The notes under the pieces were generated by a model. That model had not been told where the DNA came from, made no database searches, and saw only the letters and a list, made by a program, of their open reading frames with translations. Positions 50,001 to 61,700 of a DNA stretch of 64,000 bases are shown piece after piece. The position numbers and the translations under genes were made by a program. Each line of letters starts with the position of its first letter. Positions within the stretch are counted from its first letter, which is position 1. The DNA lies in assembly GCA_046563655.1 (NCBI GenBank), contig CM102290.1:10850001-10914000 (forward strand). The letters run 5' to 3'. This DNA is from Yuukianura sp. NJ FZ-2021. Taxonomy: Eukaryota.

Positions 50001-50379
50001 TTTGTTTAATGGATTAATTACAATTTTGAAAGCACAAGTTTTCTGCTCTCTCTCTCGTGCCTAATTTTGCGTTAGATTAATGGGCTTCAATTTGGAGGAT
50101 AATAGGTTTGGGCAATTTGAGAACTTGAACTAAACTTTGATCTTTTGTTTTTGGAAAGATGAAATTTCAGTGTTTGAAATGGAGAAATGGAGCGATTTTT
50201 AAAACAATTCTTTTTCCGAGAAAAAATTTATCAGGTTGGATGAAGCTCTTGCCAAAAGTCAAAAGGAAGTTTATGTAACTAACCTAAAATTTAATTCTAA
50301 CCACCGTTTTAACCAAAAATGAGAGTAGCACTGACATTTGACATGTATGAAGTATGTTAGCAGTTTGAGATACGCAATG

Positions 50380-50510
50380 TTAGGTTATTAATGTTAGGAC
50401 GCTCGTTGGATTCTTATGTATGTTCGTTATGTTAGGTTATGGATGCTCGTTAGGTTATTTTTGTTCGTTATGTTAGGTTATGGATGCTCGTTAGGTTATG
50501 TAAGGTTATC
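50380..50510. repeat. Short TTAGG-containing tandem repeat
   Basis: 38-bp direct repeat TGTTCGTTATGTTAGGTTATGGATGCTCGTTAGGTTAT at 50421-50458 and 50462-50499, with degenerate flanking copies. Confidence 0.8.
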
Positions 50511-53500
50511 TGTGCCTTGTCATGCTTGTAACGAGGTTAGATTATGTTAGACGTTGTGTTTGATATGTTTGATTTGGAGAAGTTGGGTGAAATTGGTAGG
50601 TTTTTGTTAGCAGCTTGTTTGAAATAGTGGCTTAACAAAAAGAGCAAGTAATGTGAGAAGATTAATATAATTATGATTTGATAATTATAAATTATGTTTA
50701 TATAAAAATAATTAGATCAGGTTTATTTTGTAGAAGTGAAATTTGAGATGCGTGAGATTGGATTTATGCGGTTTTCTGGTGAGTTATCAGAATGAGGTTA
50801 GGTTTTGAGTTAAGTTAGTTTGGGTGCGGCCTGAGTAGCAAATGGTTTGATGTCTTATCAGCCTATGGAAATGACTCTGCGTGTGTTGATTTTGGGGAGG
50901 AGATTAATTAGAAAGTGTGACAGGTTAGGCTAAGTTAACATAACATTGTTAGGTTAACAAAAGCAAGGAAACGAGAAAGTAGGTCTCTCTCTCGAATCTG
51001 GAAGTGATTGTGGGAATGAACGGTTGGAGGTGACAGCAGTTTTAGAGATTTATATAATTTGGAAGGCGGGAGGTGGGTGCTGGTGGTTAAGCTAAAGACA
51101 GAGTTGGGCATTGGCAGGATTTCGGTGATTACTTGGCGGGAACGTGGAAGTGAGCTAATGACTTGGAAAATCTATTCCACTTTGTACTTTTTTTTTTGTC
51201 TTGGAAGAGAAAAGACGATTCTGGGAACTGCGGTTTTCCTTGTAAAGCGACTTTTCTCGTTTTGCCACCACCACCATCATGACTCGTTTTTTGGAAGTCG
51301 AAATTTTAGTTGGCGTTGGCAGTTGCTAGAATTTTGTGGCGGGAAAATATGGATTTGAGGAATGCCGGATGAGTAACCATGGAAATTTTGAATTTGGAGG
51401 AACGCTTGGCTCGTTCCCTTGAATTTGACTTTGAACTAGATTTAGAGGTGAGCGGAAGAGTGAAGACGTAGACACTAAAATATGAAACATGTAAGAGATG
51501 GAAATTGTATTAGACGGGTTGAGCAGATCAGAAGATGAAGTGGTAAGTGCGGCAGTTGTTGCGAAATATCATTCCGGTGGAGATGGCTTTTCAGTTAGAA
51601 ATGTTGAAAGAACTACTGTTTCATCTTAAGTGAAGTTTTAGCACCTAATGTGCTATGTTACGTTTCAGTTGCTGATTTCCGGATAGTATGTTAGGCAGGT
51701 TATGTTACGGATGCTGACAGTAGGTTAGGTTATGTTAGCAGAAAGTGAAAAGCCAATTGAGAGAACATTGGGAAGTTGGCGGTCGAAATTTTTTGGATTT
51801 TCGATCTGGAGGCCAATTCCGGCGTAGAAACTTCCGCTGACCTCATCAGTGTCAGTGCCGTTGGCAATGGAGCTATGTTAGGTTAGGTTGTTAGGTTAAC
51901 CTGCTCTCCCTTGTTGGGAAATCCTTTCTTCATTGGATCTGTAATTCAATTGTGATTCTATACGTGGAACATGATGTAGGGCAAAGAATGAAGAAATCTT
52001 GTTGAAAAAGTCGTGAACTTAACCGTCCGCCTACTCTCTACTTTCTTCCTGGACTGGACTCACTTGAGAGTCAGAAGGAAAGTCTGAGTCAGGTTCTGGT
52101 CTCAAGAATGAATGGAAGGGAGTTGAATAGAAATCAAGTTGTCTGGAGACGCTGCTGCTGGACGTCGGAGAGGAAAGTGGCAAAAGAAAATGGGAATTTG
52201 AAGAAAGGCTTTTTTCTGTGTTCTGCTTTTTTTTTGAAGTCGTCGAGGCGCCCTAGACTGCTTGGACAGTGGCCATCTTGTAATTGTATGAACCGGAATT
52301 GGGACGCTGCTTTGAAGAGATGCGATGCTGTCAAGCACCACTTGTCGGAAATCGGTTTTTTTGAATCTGGACAAAACATAGAATTGCTTACCAAAAGCAA
52401 TGACTGACCTCGGAGCGACCAATGACTGATCTCAAGGATTGACCAATCACAGCACTGGAAACAGTTTAAACTAGTGATTCCTTTTTTCATAACCGTCATG
52501 TTGAGACAATCTTTGAAAGTACGGAGTTTGTGACGGATGACACTTGACTCATTTGTTTTGGTTTGGGTGCACTTATCTAAAAGTACTCTGGAATGGAAAA
52601 GATGAGTTTATGTTTTAAAAGCGAGGTGACGCATGGGTTTTAAGAGGCTTAAGAGAAGTCGATTAGGCTTGATGAAATTGAATAATGCGAGATGAGTCAA
52701 GATAGTTGAGACGGGAGTTGTGTTCAAGGAAGCTGTTCATTGCCACTCTTTTTTAGCTTTTGTTGCTCTGGGAATTGGAACGTAACTGGAGGAGTGGAGC
52801 TGTGCAAGGCGTTTTTGAATGTTACTGGATACTTGAAAGTGGAAGTTACTTTGTCGCAAAAGTTTAATGGGATCTGTGATGTTGGCAATTTAATTTTATA
52901 TGCTCAAGTTTTGTCCAGACTGAAGATGAAGATGAGGAGGATGCTGCTGAGCTGTTGAGTTGGTAACTGGATCCTTGAAAGATGATGGATTTCGCAGTTT
53001 GGCGGGGATGGATGACGGTTTTGAAACAGTTTTCAAGGAGTTTTGGAAGTGTTTAGATGAATTTTATGAGCATAAGCTATGCTTTAGTCAAGGGCACTCA
53101 ATGTAAGGTCAAGAGTATTTTTTGGTAAGGGTTAAGGCAACGTTACGTTAACATTTGTAGATTTTGGATTTAGGCTCAAACTAGTCTGGATTAAGTCATG
53201 CGTGGCCGGGGATTAGCGAAAGTTAGTCCGGGTTAACTCAAGGTTAGTCTGGGTTAAGCTTCTTAAGGCCAAGTCCAAGTGTTTTTGGCGTAGAAGCATA
53301 CTAGCTAACGTAGTTGGGTTGTTAACCTGTATTGGTTAGAGGTTGTGGATGGTTAGGTTAATTTGGACGTAGATTAGGTTAGGTAAATGACGAAGACAAT
53401 TTCTTAGTTGTAGAGGATGTTGGAAGGTGTTTGTTAGGGATGGACTAATTTTTGAAGATGACTTGATCACTTGATGAGGCATAGATTTGGTAGATGAGAA

Positions 53501-56176
53501 AGCGTCAATCAAAAGATCCGTTTAGCCGTTTGTTGTTAGTTGAAGTGTTTCCATTGTAAATTGCCTTTGGGAAACAAATGAGGTCAACGGCGTCGTCGTT
53601 TTGTTTTTGTTTCTCCTTAGAGTTGACTTGTAAGTGCTTTTGAGTGGTGCAACTAAGTTGTGAAGAAGCCTCAAGTTCCGCTTGTAGTGCCTTTTCGTCT
53701 TTTCCTTGTTGTTTTGATGAAGATGGTAATGGGGTCTGGGTAATTGAGGCCGCTACGGCACTACCTCATCCTCCAATCTCCAACATCATCTCGTCCACAT
53801 TTTTCATTTTCTTGGTTTTTTGAACTCATCTCTCTGCGAAATGTGGTGCAGTTCAAAATTGTTAAGAGGGGTTAGTTTTGTTAACGACGGGAGCATGGGG
53901 AAATGGAAGAGTGAAGTTTTGAAGATGAGGCTTGCATAATTTCGGAAAAATTTCTGAGTTTAGGGTCTTAACGTTTAAATGAATTCATCTTTCCGGAAAG
54001 CGGAAAGTTCTTTTTTGAAAAGTCAAAATTTGAAATGAAACATAGTGTGGAGTAAAGTTTGAGTTTTAGGAAATGGGCTATTTTTATGCTGGTCAAATTT
54101 TGAAGTGGTGTAGAGAAATTTACTTTTTTTTTCTCTTGGCAGGCCATGTTTGTGTTTTTTTTTAGAAGTTGTTTACTGATTTTTGCATTTTGTTTTTGTT
54201 GCTTCTTTTTGTTTACTGATTTTCTATTATCCTTTTGATTTAATGATTGACGTTTAGAGACTTCCTTACTCTGATTATCTTAACTTGAAACGTACTCGTT
54301 GCTATTTTTGTTGGATAATTTTTTGTTGCATTTTGTAACACAATTTGTGTTGCTCCTTTTGATTGCGAATTTTTTGTTGCAATTGGTTGCTCCTTCGTTT
54401 ACTGATTTTTTTAGAAACTTTTTGTTGATGTTTTTGGTGGTTTATTTTAAACTTTTCGTTGCTCCCTTTGTTTACTGGTTTTTCGTTAAGTTTTGTGGCG
54501 TGCCAAGTTTTAATTGTTTGTTTGTGAAGGGCATTGTCTCCGTGTCCTGTGAATCGTGTACGTAATGAATGAAGGGCATGGATACTGTCAGAATTTACTA
54601 TATGGTTGTTGTGTAGAGTGTAACGGTACGTTGCCCATATGTGGAAGGAAGATATTGTTTTGAGGTTCCTCTCCTACCTAATTGCTCACGTTGTTTAAGT
54701 ACCCATTGTCTCCTATTTCACACTTGTCACCAAGGTTCTGTGGATGAGGCACGACAAAATTCTGCTAGACTAAAAGTTATGAGTGAGAGGGAGGGAGATT
54801 TTAATTGATGAAGTAAGCAGTAAGCATGAATACAATTGTACAATATGTAGGAAAAACAAGAGAGAACAGAAGCGGAACGGAGACAATGGAAAAGGTCATG
54901 CGGGTCAGGAAGTTTGTTTTTTTACTTTCATCTAAGGTCAATCTCAAATTCAAGTTCAGTGAAAAAAGCAATTTCAAGGAAAAAGTTAGGAAATTTTGTT
55001 GAGGTAATTCGTGTTTAGCTATTGACAGAATTTCGTCGAATTTTGACATCATGTGATTTTGAATCTGTAAATTTAGTAGGTAGTGAACTAAACCTACATC
55101 GCAGCAATCCTTTTAGACTTTAAAAGAAAATGATTAAGTTGAAGGTTCCACTTATGATTACTGTATTGACTAAGATGAGGAGTGATTAAGTAGTTGGTTC
55201 TTAAGATGTTTTTCACACTTAGGGCGTGAAAATAGTAATTATGACTAAAATAGCTACTTTGTAGTTAATTGCTGCAGAAGGAGTGTCAGATGACGAAGGA
55301 GAAATTAATTGGAGTGCAGGGGAAAAACCAAGTGAGGTGGTAAATAGTGTTAGCTTCTGTACGGTTCTTACTAGTTTTCGTTCCTACTTAAGTTTACCAT
55401 GGAAATGAGGACATGATGAATGAGGACGCCCAGGCACACCTCTAATGACTAACCAATGCTGGAGAACGGTGTTTACATAAAGTAGCGTTGGAATATTATG
55501 CCGTTAGAGGTGTGCGCAGAGAAATTACGTACCTTATTTGTGCGCAGAACATTACGCGGAGATGTCAAGGACCGAAAAGCGTGTCATCACGTGTTTAATG
55601 TTGAACTGATGACCTCTGAAATGATGCCTTTGAAGGGAGTCGAACACGAGAGTTTGAAATTTTGAAAAGACCCGCCCAGAACTATTAGTTACGTCCAAGA
55701 AAGGAATAACTCTCAAATGATAGTAGTTTGGAAATGCATTTGGCCCAATTTTTGAACTGAAAAGAATGCCGCCTCTTTGATATATCAAAATCTGATTCAA
55801 AGTTTTTGTACAATTTTTTAGAGAGATTTGATTTTTTAAGTGGAATTTAAAAGTTGGATGTTTTTAAGCCCAGAAGTTGTTTTGATGCATTGGAGGAATG
55901 TAGGTCAATCTAATCTAAGGAATTCATTTTCCAATAGAAGGTTAACGTTAGGAGCTGATTTTGGAAATTGGAAACTGAAATACGAGGAGATCACATGAAG
56001 TTTTGATGGGATTTACAACAAGTTTTTTTTAGTTTTGTGAGTAAATAAAAGTTTGTTTCGAAATGCATTTATTTGTGGACGTGGGCGTCGTGATTTGAGC
56101 TGGATTTATGTTGGGCACTTTTTTTGTAAGTTGGGCGTTTTAAGGTTGTATCTGGAAAAATGAGGTGGATTTTGTA

Positions 56177-56452
56177 TGTCAAGGTTTGGACAAAAATGTA
56201 TTTTCAAGGTTTGGAAAAATGTACTTTTTTCAAGGTTTCGGAAAAATGTTGATTTTTGAAATCATCTTCACACTATTAACTGTAAATGTCCAGGATTTGA
56301 AATTTGGCACACCTAGATTTTGGGCATAAAAATGAATTGAAGGGTTGGCAAAAATCCATTTTTTTGACATTTGGACAAAATGCATTTTTTAAGCTAAAAT
56401 AAGTTTTGAGATGATTTTGAGACTTGTTTTGTCCAGAATTTGAAATTTGGCG
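56177..56452. repeat. Degenerate short direct repeats, probably a DNA-transposon remnant
   Basis: TCAAGGTTT(G/C)G...AAAATGT three times at about 56179-56250; TGTCCAG(G/A)ATTTGAAATTTGGC twice at about 56287 and 56430. Confidence 0.5.
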
Positions 56453-58325
56453 TACCCACAGTGTTGGGCAAGAGGTCAGGTGACTTGAATTATAAAATTA
56501 CGGAGAGATTGAGATCAATGTTACACAGACTAAAGGATTTTGAGGTCGACTGCCAAGACTAAGAATTGGGATCACATTACAATATTGCAGAAGAAAAGAA
56601 CAATGGAGGGTTAACCACAGTTGGGAACCACGAAGCCACCTAATTTTGTGTTTTTTTTTTGTTATGCCCATGTCTGAAATTGTATTTTTTTTATGCCCAT
56701 TCTTAAACCTGGCCCGGAGTGGCACGAATTTGTAATTTTTCGGTGAAAAAGGTGTGATTTTAGGATAAAAAAATGTTTTTGTACATTTGTATTTTTTGTA
56801 AGTTTTTTTTAGCACAAAAGCTTTTACAGTAGAAATCCCGTTGCTTTTTCGTTCTTTTGAGTGTGAGTGCGTAGAAGATGTGCTAAAATTGCCCTGAAGG
56901 TGCGACCTATTAAACGAAAACAGGCAACTTCTCCCTTTGATCTTCTCTCTTGAGTTGAGTTTAATGCTGAACTTGAATGAACTTTTGTAAAGTACTAAAC
57001 AAAAAGGAGAATTTGGCCTGAAGACAAGACTTTTTGCAAAGTTTTTTTTTTGCTGCTTGCTAAAATGTCAAGCGGGGATTTGCTGAAACAGAAATGCGAT
57101 ATGCCCAACCTGTGCTGTTACCGAAGAAACTGGTTTTTCTTTAATAACTGCACTTACTGTCATTGTCTTCTTCTTTTTTTGCTATTGTTTACTCGTCCAT
57201 TGTCTTTTTGCTGAGTGCGAAAAACATTTGTTTTCCCTGGAAGAGAAATTTGATATAACTTAAGGTAAAACTAAATTGACGAAGGTGGGGCGGGAGTTCT
57301 CAAGTTTCAAATTCGGAGAAAATTGGTGCGAAAATAGTTTTCTAAAGATTTACGGTAACTTTGGAGAGAGAGCCAGATGTGCCAACTAAAAAGCTTTTGA
57401 TGTTTGCAGTGTTAGTTTCTGCTACAAAGTAAATGTTATGGTTGTTGCAATTTTTTGCGCGAATTTTGAACAATTTTTTGCTTGCGATTTTTTTTTGCAC
57501 ATCCGGGGCTTTGAGAAGAGAGGTTACGTTAGGTTAGTCACTCAAGAAGAGGGTTTAAGTGATGAGCAAAGAAAACTGTTTTTGGCAAGACTTTGAATTT
57601 AGTGTGGGTGGTGAAACAAGTGAATTAGCATTTGGGATGAAAAAAGTGCATGGAACATTTTGGCATGTTGATGCAATGAACTTTTGAGTTTCAGACTTGG
57701 TCCGTTGAAGTACTTAAGAAGAGGCTAAAAACGTTTTTATATATTTTTTATTTTATGATGGAAATGAAAAAATAATGAAATGTTTCTCGCTGATGGAGGG
57801 TTTTTTTTGTGTGTGGGGATTTTAAAATGAAGCAGATTTGAGATTTTGGTTGAGAGAGGCGGGAACGTTTTGAATTGAAACCTGTTCAGGTGTAAGGAGT
57901 TGAAGGAAATGGCGGATGCGGATGTGAAGATGGATGGTAGTAAATTGGACTTAATTTGGTTGGTTGTGGCAATCTGGTGGTGGTTACTTGGCGTTCTGTC
58001 AGTGCCACCACCACGGTGGTTTGTCATTGTCACTGCTTTCCGTTTCGGCGTTGGTCGGTCGAGAATCTTATGGCGTGCTGTCCAGGAATGAGAAGTGGTG
58101 AGACGTTTGAAATTTTGAAAGTACGAGGAGTGCGGTTTGTTTGGTTCGTTCGTGCAGTCAGTGCTTACAAAGCGACGGCCTAGGAACCATGCTTGAGAGA
58201 TTAATGAACTTGGACCGTTGTTAAGGAAAGTACTCACTCTGAGTCAGGATTTTGGTTTGCTAGAGTTTTGAGGCTCAAAATTGGACAATGGTGGCGTTAG
58301 TTTGGAATTTGTCGAAATGCACTGA

Positions 58326-58737
58326 GAGGAATCTCGAGTTTTGTAATATATACAGACGGGAATCCGCAGTTTTTCAATACGTACAAACTAGAATCGCCAA
58401 TTTCCCAGTATGTGCACGCGTTACCCCAGTTTTCCATTATATGCCCACGGGAATACCGAATTTTTCTATATATGCAGACGGGAATCTCGAGTTTTCCAAC
58501 AAATGTGGTCGGGAATCCCGAGTTTTCCGATATATGTGGACGGGAATCCCGAGTTTTCCAGTAAATGCAAACGGGAATCCCGAGTTTTCCAATATGTGGG
58601 CGGGAATCCCGAGTTTTCCAGTACATGCAAACGGGAATCCCGAGTTTTCCAATATGTGGGCGGGAATCCCGAGTTTTCCAAGAGATGTGGACGGGAATCG
58701 CGCATTTTCCCATATATGGGAGATATGGGAATCGTGG
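58326..58737. repeat. Minisatellite, ~30-bp unit, ~13-14 copies, in the DYRK intron
   Basis: Core CGGGAATCCCGAGTTTTCCA; 58561-58620 and 58621-58680 differ at one base (60-bp dimer); copies decay toward both edges. Confidence 0.92.
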
Positions 58738-61700
58738 GCTTGTATGCATGTAAATTTTGGAACAGGAACACTAGGATTATGAACATTTCAAAAGAGGAAT
58801 ATTCTGGTTGTGCGAATGTGGAGTTGTGAATGGCGATGTTTTGCGGAAGTGTGGTGGATGGAAGGTAAAGTGGTTCATAAGGTCACTTTGTTGTGACTCA
58901 TGGACAGACGGACCAACTGGACTGGTTAGGTAGGCTGGACAAGGAAGAGATCGCGGTAGTTGTTGGTACAGGTCAAAGGGCGACCGTTGAACGGTTAGGT
59001 TTAGCTGTAGCTGGAGTTAGTTCTACGCAGTTGTGTAGGTCAGAGGATGTTGATGTTTGGTACAATTTGGGTTTTAGGAACATGAACAGTGAAGTTACAA
59101 ATTGTAACTCACAATTTGCACTTTTGATTAGGCCTAGTTAAGTTTAGAGTCCGTCAATTGCCTCAAGTGTTGGTAGTGGTGTTTGGATTTCCTATTAATA
59201 CTTAGCACCACTTCTCTTGCCAAAAGGAAGTTTACATTTTTTTTTGCCAAGAGGAAGTTTTCATAGTTTTTTTTTGTTACATTTGACGCTGATGGCGGCA
59301 AATTTGAGGGTGATTGGGAATTGAAAGCTGCAGAGACAAAAATATAAAGTGGCATGAAGAAGAATAAGGAAAGTCATCATTTTTAATGTGGGCCAAAATG
59401 GCAAAAACCCAATTGTGGAGATTTCACAAATTTAGGAAACAATTGATGAAGAATTTTGAAAAATCGTGCAAAAAATTGAATTTCTTTTTTCTTTTCTTTT
59501 TCGCAATCTCGCCGAAGCAATTCTGTGGATTGTAGATTGCTGGGATTTGAGTTTAGAAAATTTTCGAATTTAACATGAATTTTGGTAAGTAGGTTTTAGT
59601 TTTTTTATTTTTTCTTTTAATTTACTAATTTACAATTTATTGCGTCCGGAAATCATTATTTGAAAAAATTGGAAAATTGGCAACCATAATTCCAATCTTG
59701 AGATTTTCAATTCTACAGTATTCAAAATTTTTTAATTTTTGTGTCTGGACGTTGAAATTTTCGTAATAGCTGTTTCTATTGAGGTTTGGCAATTCCTGGA
59801 ACTGGAACTAGATAATTTGAAATCAGGAATGGAAAGTTTATGTTTTTTTTTTTGAGTTGTAGCATGTGCGTGGTTGTGAGTAGGAGGAGGCTGCAGAGGT
59901 GATTGACACTGGGAGGATGATGTTATTTTGGACTGGAAATTAAAGCTTTTATGATTAAATTTAACGGAGCAGTAAATTTGTGATTTGTATGGATGAAATG
60001 GGGTGAGTTAGGAGATGGAGTTTTAGTTTTGTTTGGGAATAGTGCCACTTGCCTGCGTAAAATAGTTACTCCCCTCCTGTCTTCTGATCTGAAATCCTTG
60101 CAGTATCTCTGGTAGGCAGAAAAGTAAAAGTCTTGGAAATGGTGATTATGCAAACAGCTTCTGCAAGAAATAACTCTCTCCCTCTCTCCTAATAGTTGTA
60201 GTAAAAATGGGAATTAATTTTTTATTTTCTAAATTTGACTTTATACGACAGTTGAGTACTGCAGGGCCCTTGGAAATTGGCTTTGAATTGTGCAATTCCT
60301 GTCACTTGAGAATTGCATCTCTCCGTACATTATGAAGTGAAGGAGGGAATAAAAAAAAGAATTGAATTTGGCATTCATGGTTTACGGAGAGAAGAATAAG
60401 GAAATTTTGAATGACTTAAGAAAATGAAATGGCCTTGGAAATTTGGGAATTGTGTCAGAGAGATGATAAGCATTTCTGCCCATTCGCAAAATGACATGAT
60501 GAGGTGATCAATTGCTGAAGGATTTGCAAGGAAATTATGAGAAGGAGCTTTTTTGACAATTTTGCAAATTGGAAATTGTTGCAAATTTTTGTTAGAAAGG
60601 AGGATAAGGGAAGGGCATTTGTAGTTACGGTGAGAAGCATAATTTTGAGGGGGGCGGATGTCGCAAGATGTGCGTAAGGCCTGTGAACAATGTGCGCAGA
60701 CGGGCGAAGGTGTTTGGAATTCATAAGTCTTGTTAATGGAGTCATTTTGAATGACAATGGAGAGAGAGTGCTAGTAAATTTTGGGTTATGCAGACGAAGC
60801 AGTTTCACTTAACGTGTGGGTTTCACTTGGGTTAATGAAGATTTGTGACCTAATTTCATAAAAAATTAGTTTTCCAATTTAACAAAATTTCGCTAAAACT
60901 TAATTTTTTTTTTAACTGCATTTAGGTTTTTTGAATACAAATTTTTGAATCATTTTGGTCACATTTATGTGTTGGTTTTTGTTTTTTAGTTTTTTTCGAA
61001 CTAGAAAAACGCTTATAATTTCTATTAAAAGAGTTGAGTTAGTTTATGCTATGGTTGGTTTGTTTAGCTTATGTTGTGTATTTCTTTTAAGTTCGTTTTT
61101 CATGGTTTGGGTTAGGTTAGTAATTGTTTGTAGTTTAGTAATTTAAAAGTGCATCGATTTGAAATGCCGGAGATTTGCAAAAGTTGATAATGAAAATCTG
61201 GGCTAAGATAATGGAATTCTATTGTTATGGACTTGTACTTGTACTTGGACGTGAACTGGAGAGAATGCGAGTTAATTGAGCATTGAGCACTAAAGGCTGC
61301 GGGCTTAGACGACTATGGAAAGCGGATTTAAGTTTGGACAAAATGAGTTTGGAGTGCAGCATTTGGATCTTTAAAGTTTCTTTTGAATTTTTAGTAGGAT
61401 TTTGTAAGCGTTCTTTGAGTTGAAGTGGGTAAGAAGTGGGCTTGAGTGCGATGTGCTTTAATTGTGCCCAAACGGAGTATAGTGACTCGGTTGAAGATTT
61501 AGATTAAGTAAACTGTAATTTGTGTGGATTTAACCTAGAAATGGAGAAGGAAGTAAAGCAAAGTGCAGATACGCTTACGTTGTTTTGCTTAATGGCGCCT
61601 TTTACACTGCTTTACGCAGTAGCACTTTGGGACTTTTTAGAGTAGAAAATTTAAAAGTCATTGCGCATGTGCTACAACTGAAAGCTGAGCTGATTACTAC

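Noticed and set aside
50380..50510. Interstitial telomere (TTAGG)n
   Set aside because: TTAGG units are interspersed with other sequence rather than forming a pure array.
58288..58829. Long repetitive ORFs in several frames on both strands
   Set aside because: A by-product of a stop-poor 30/60-bp minisatellite; no splice or domain support.
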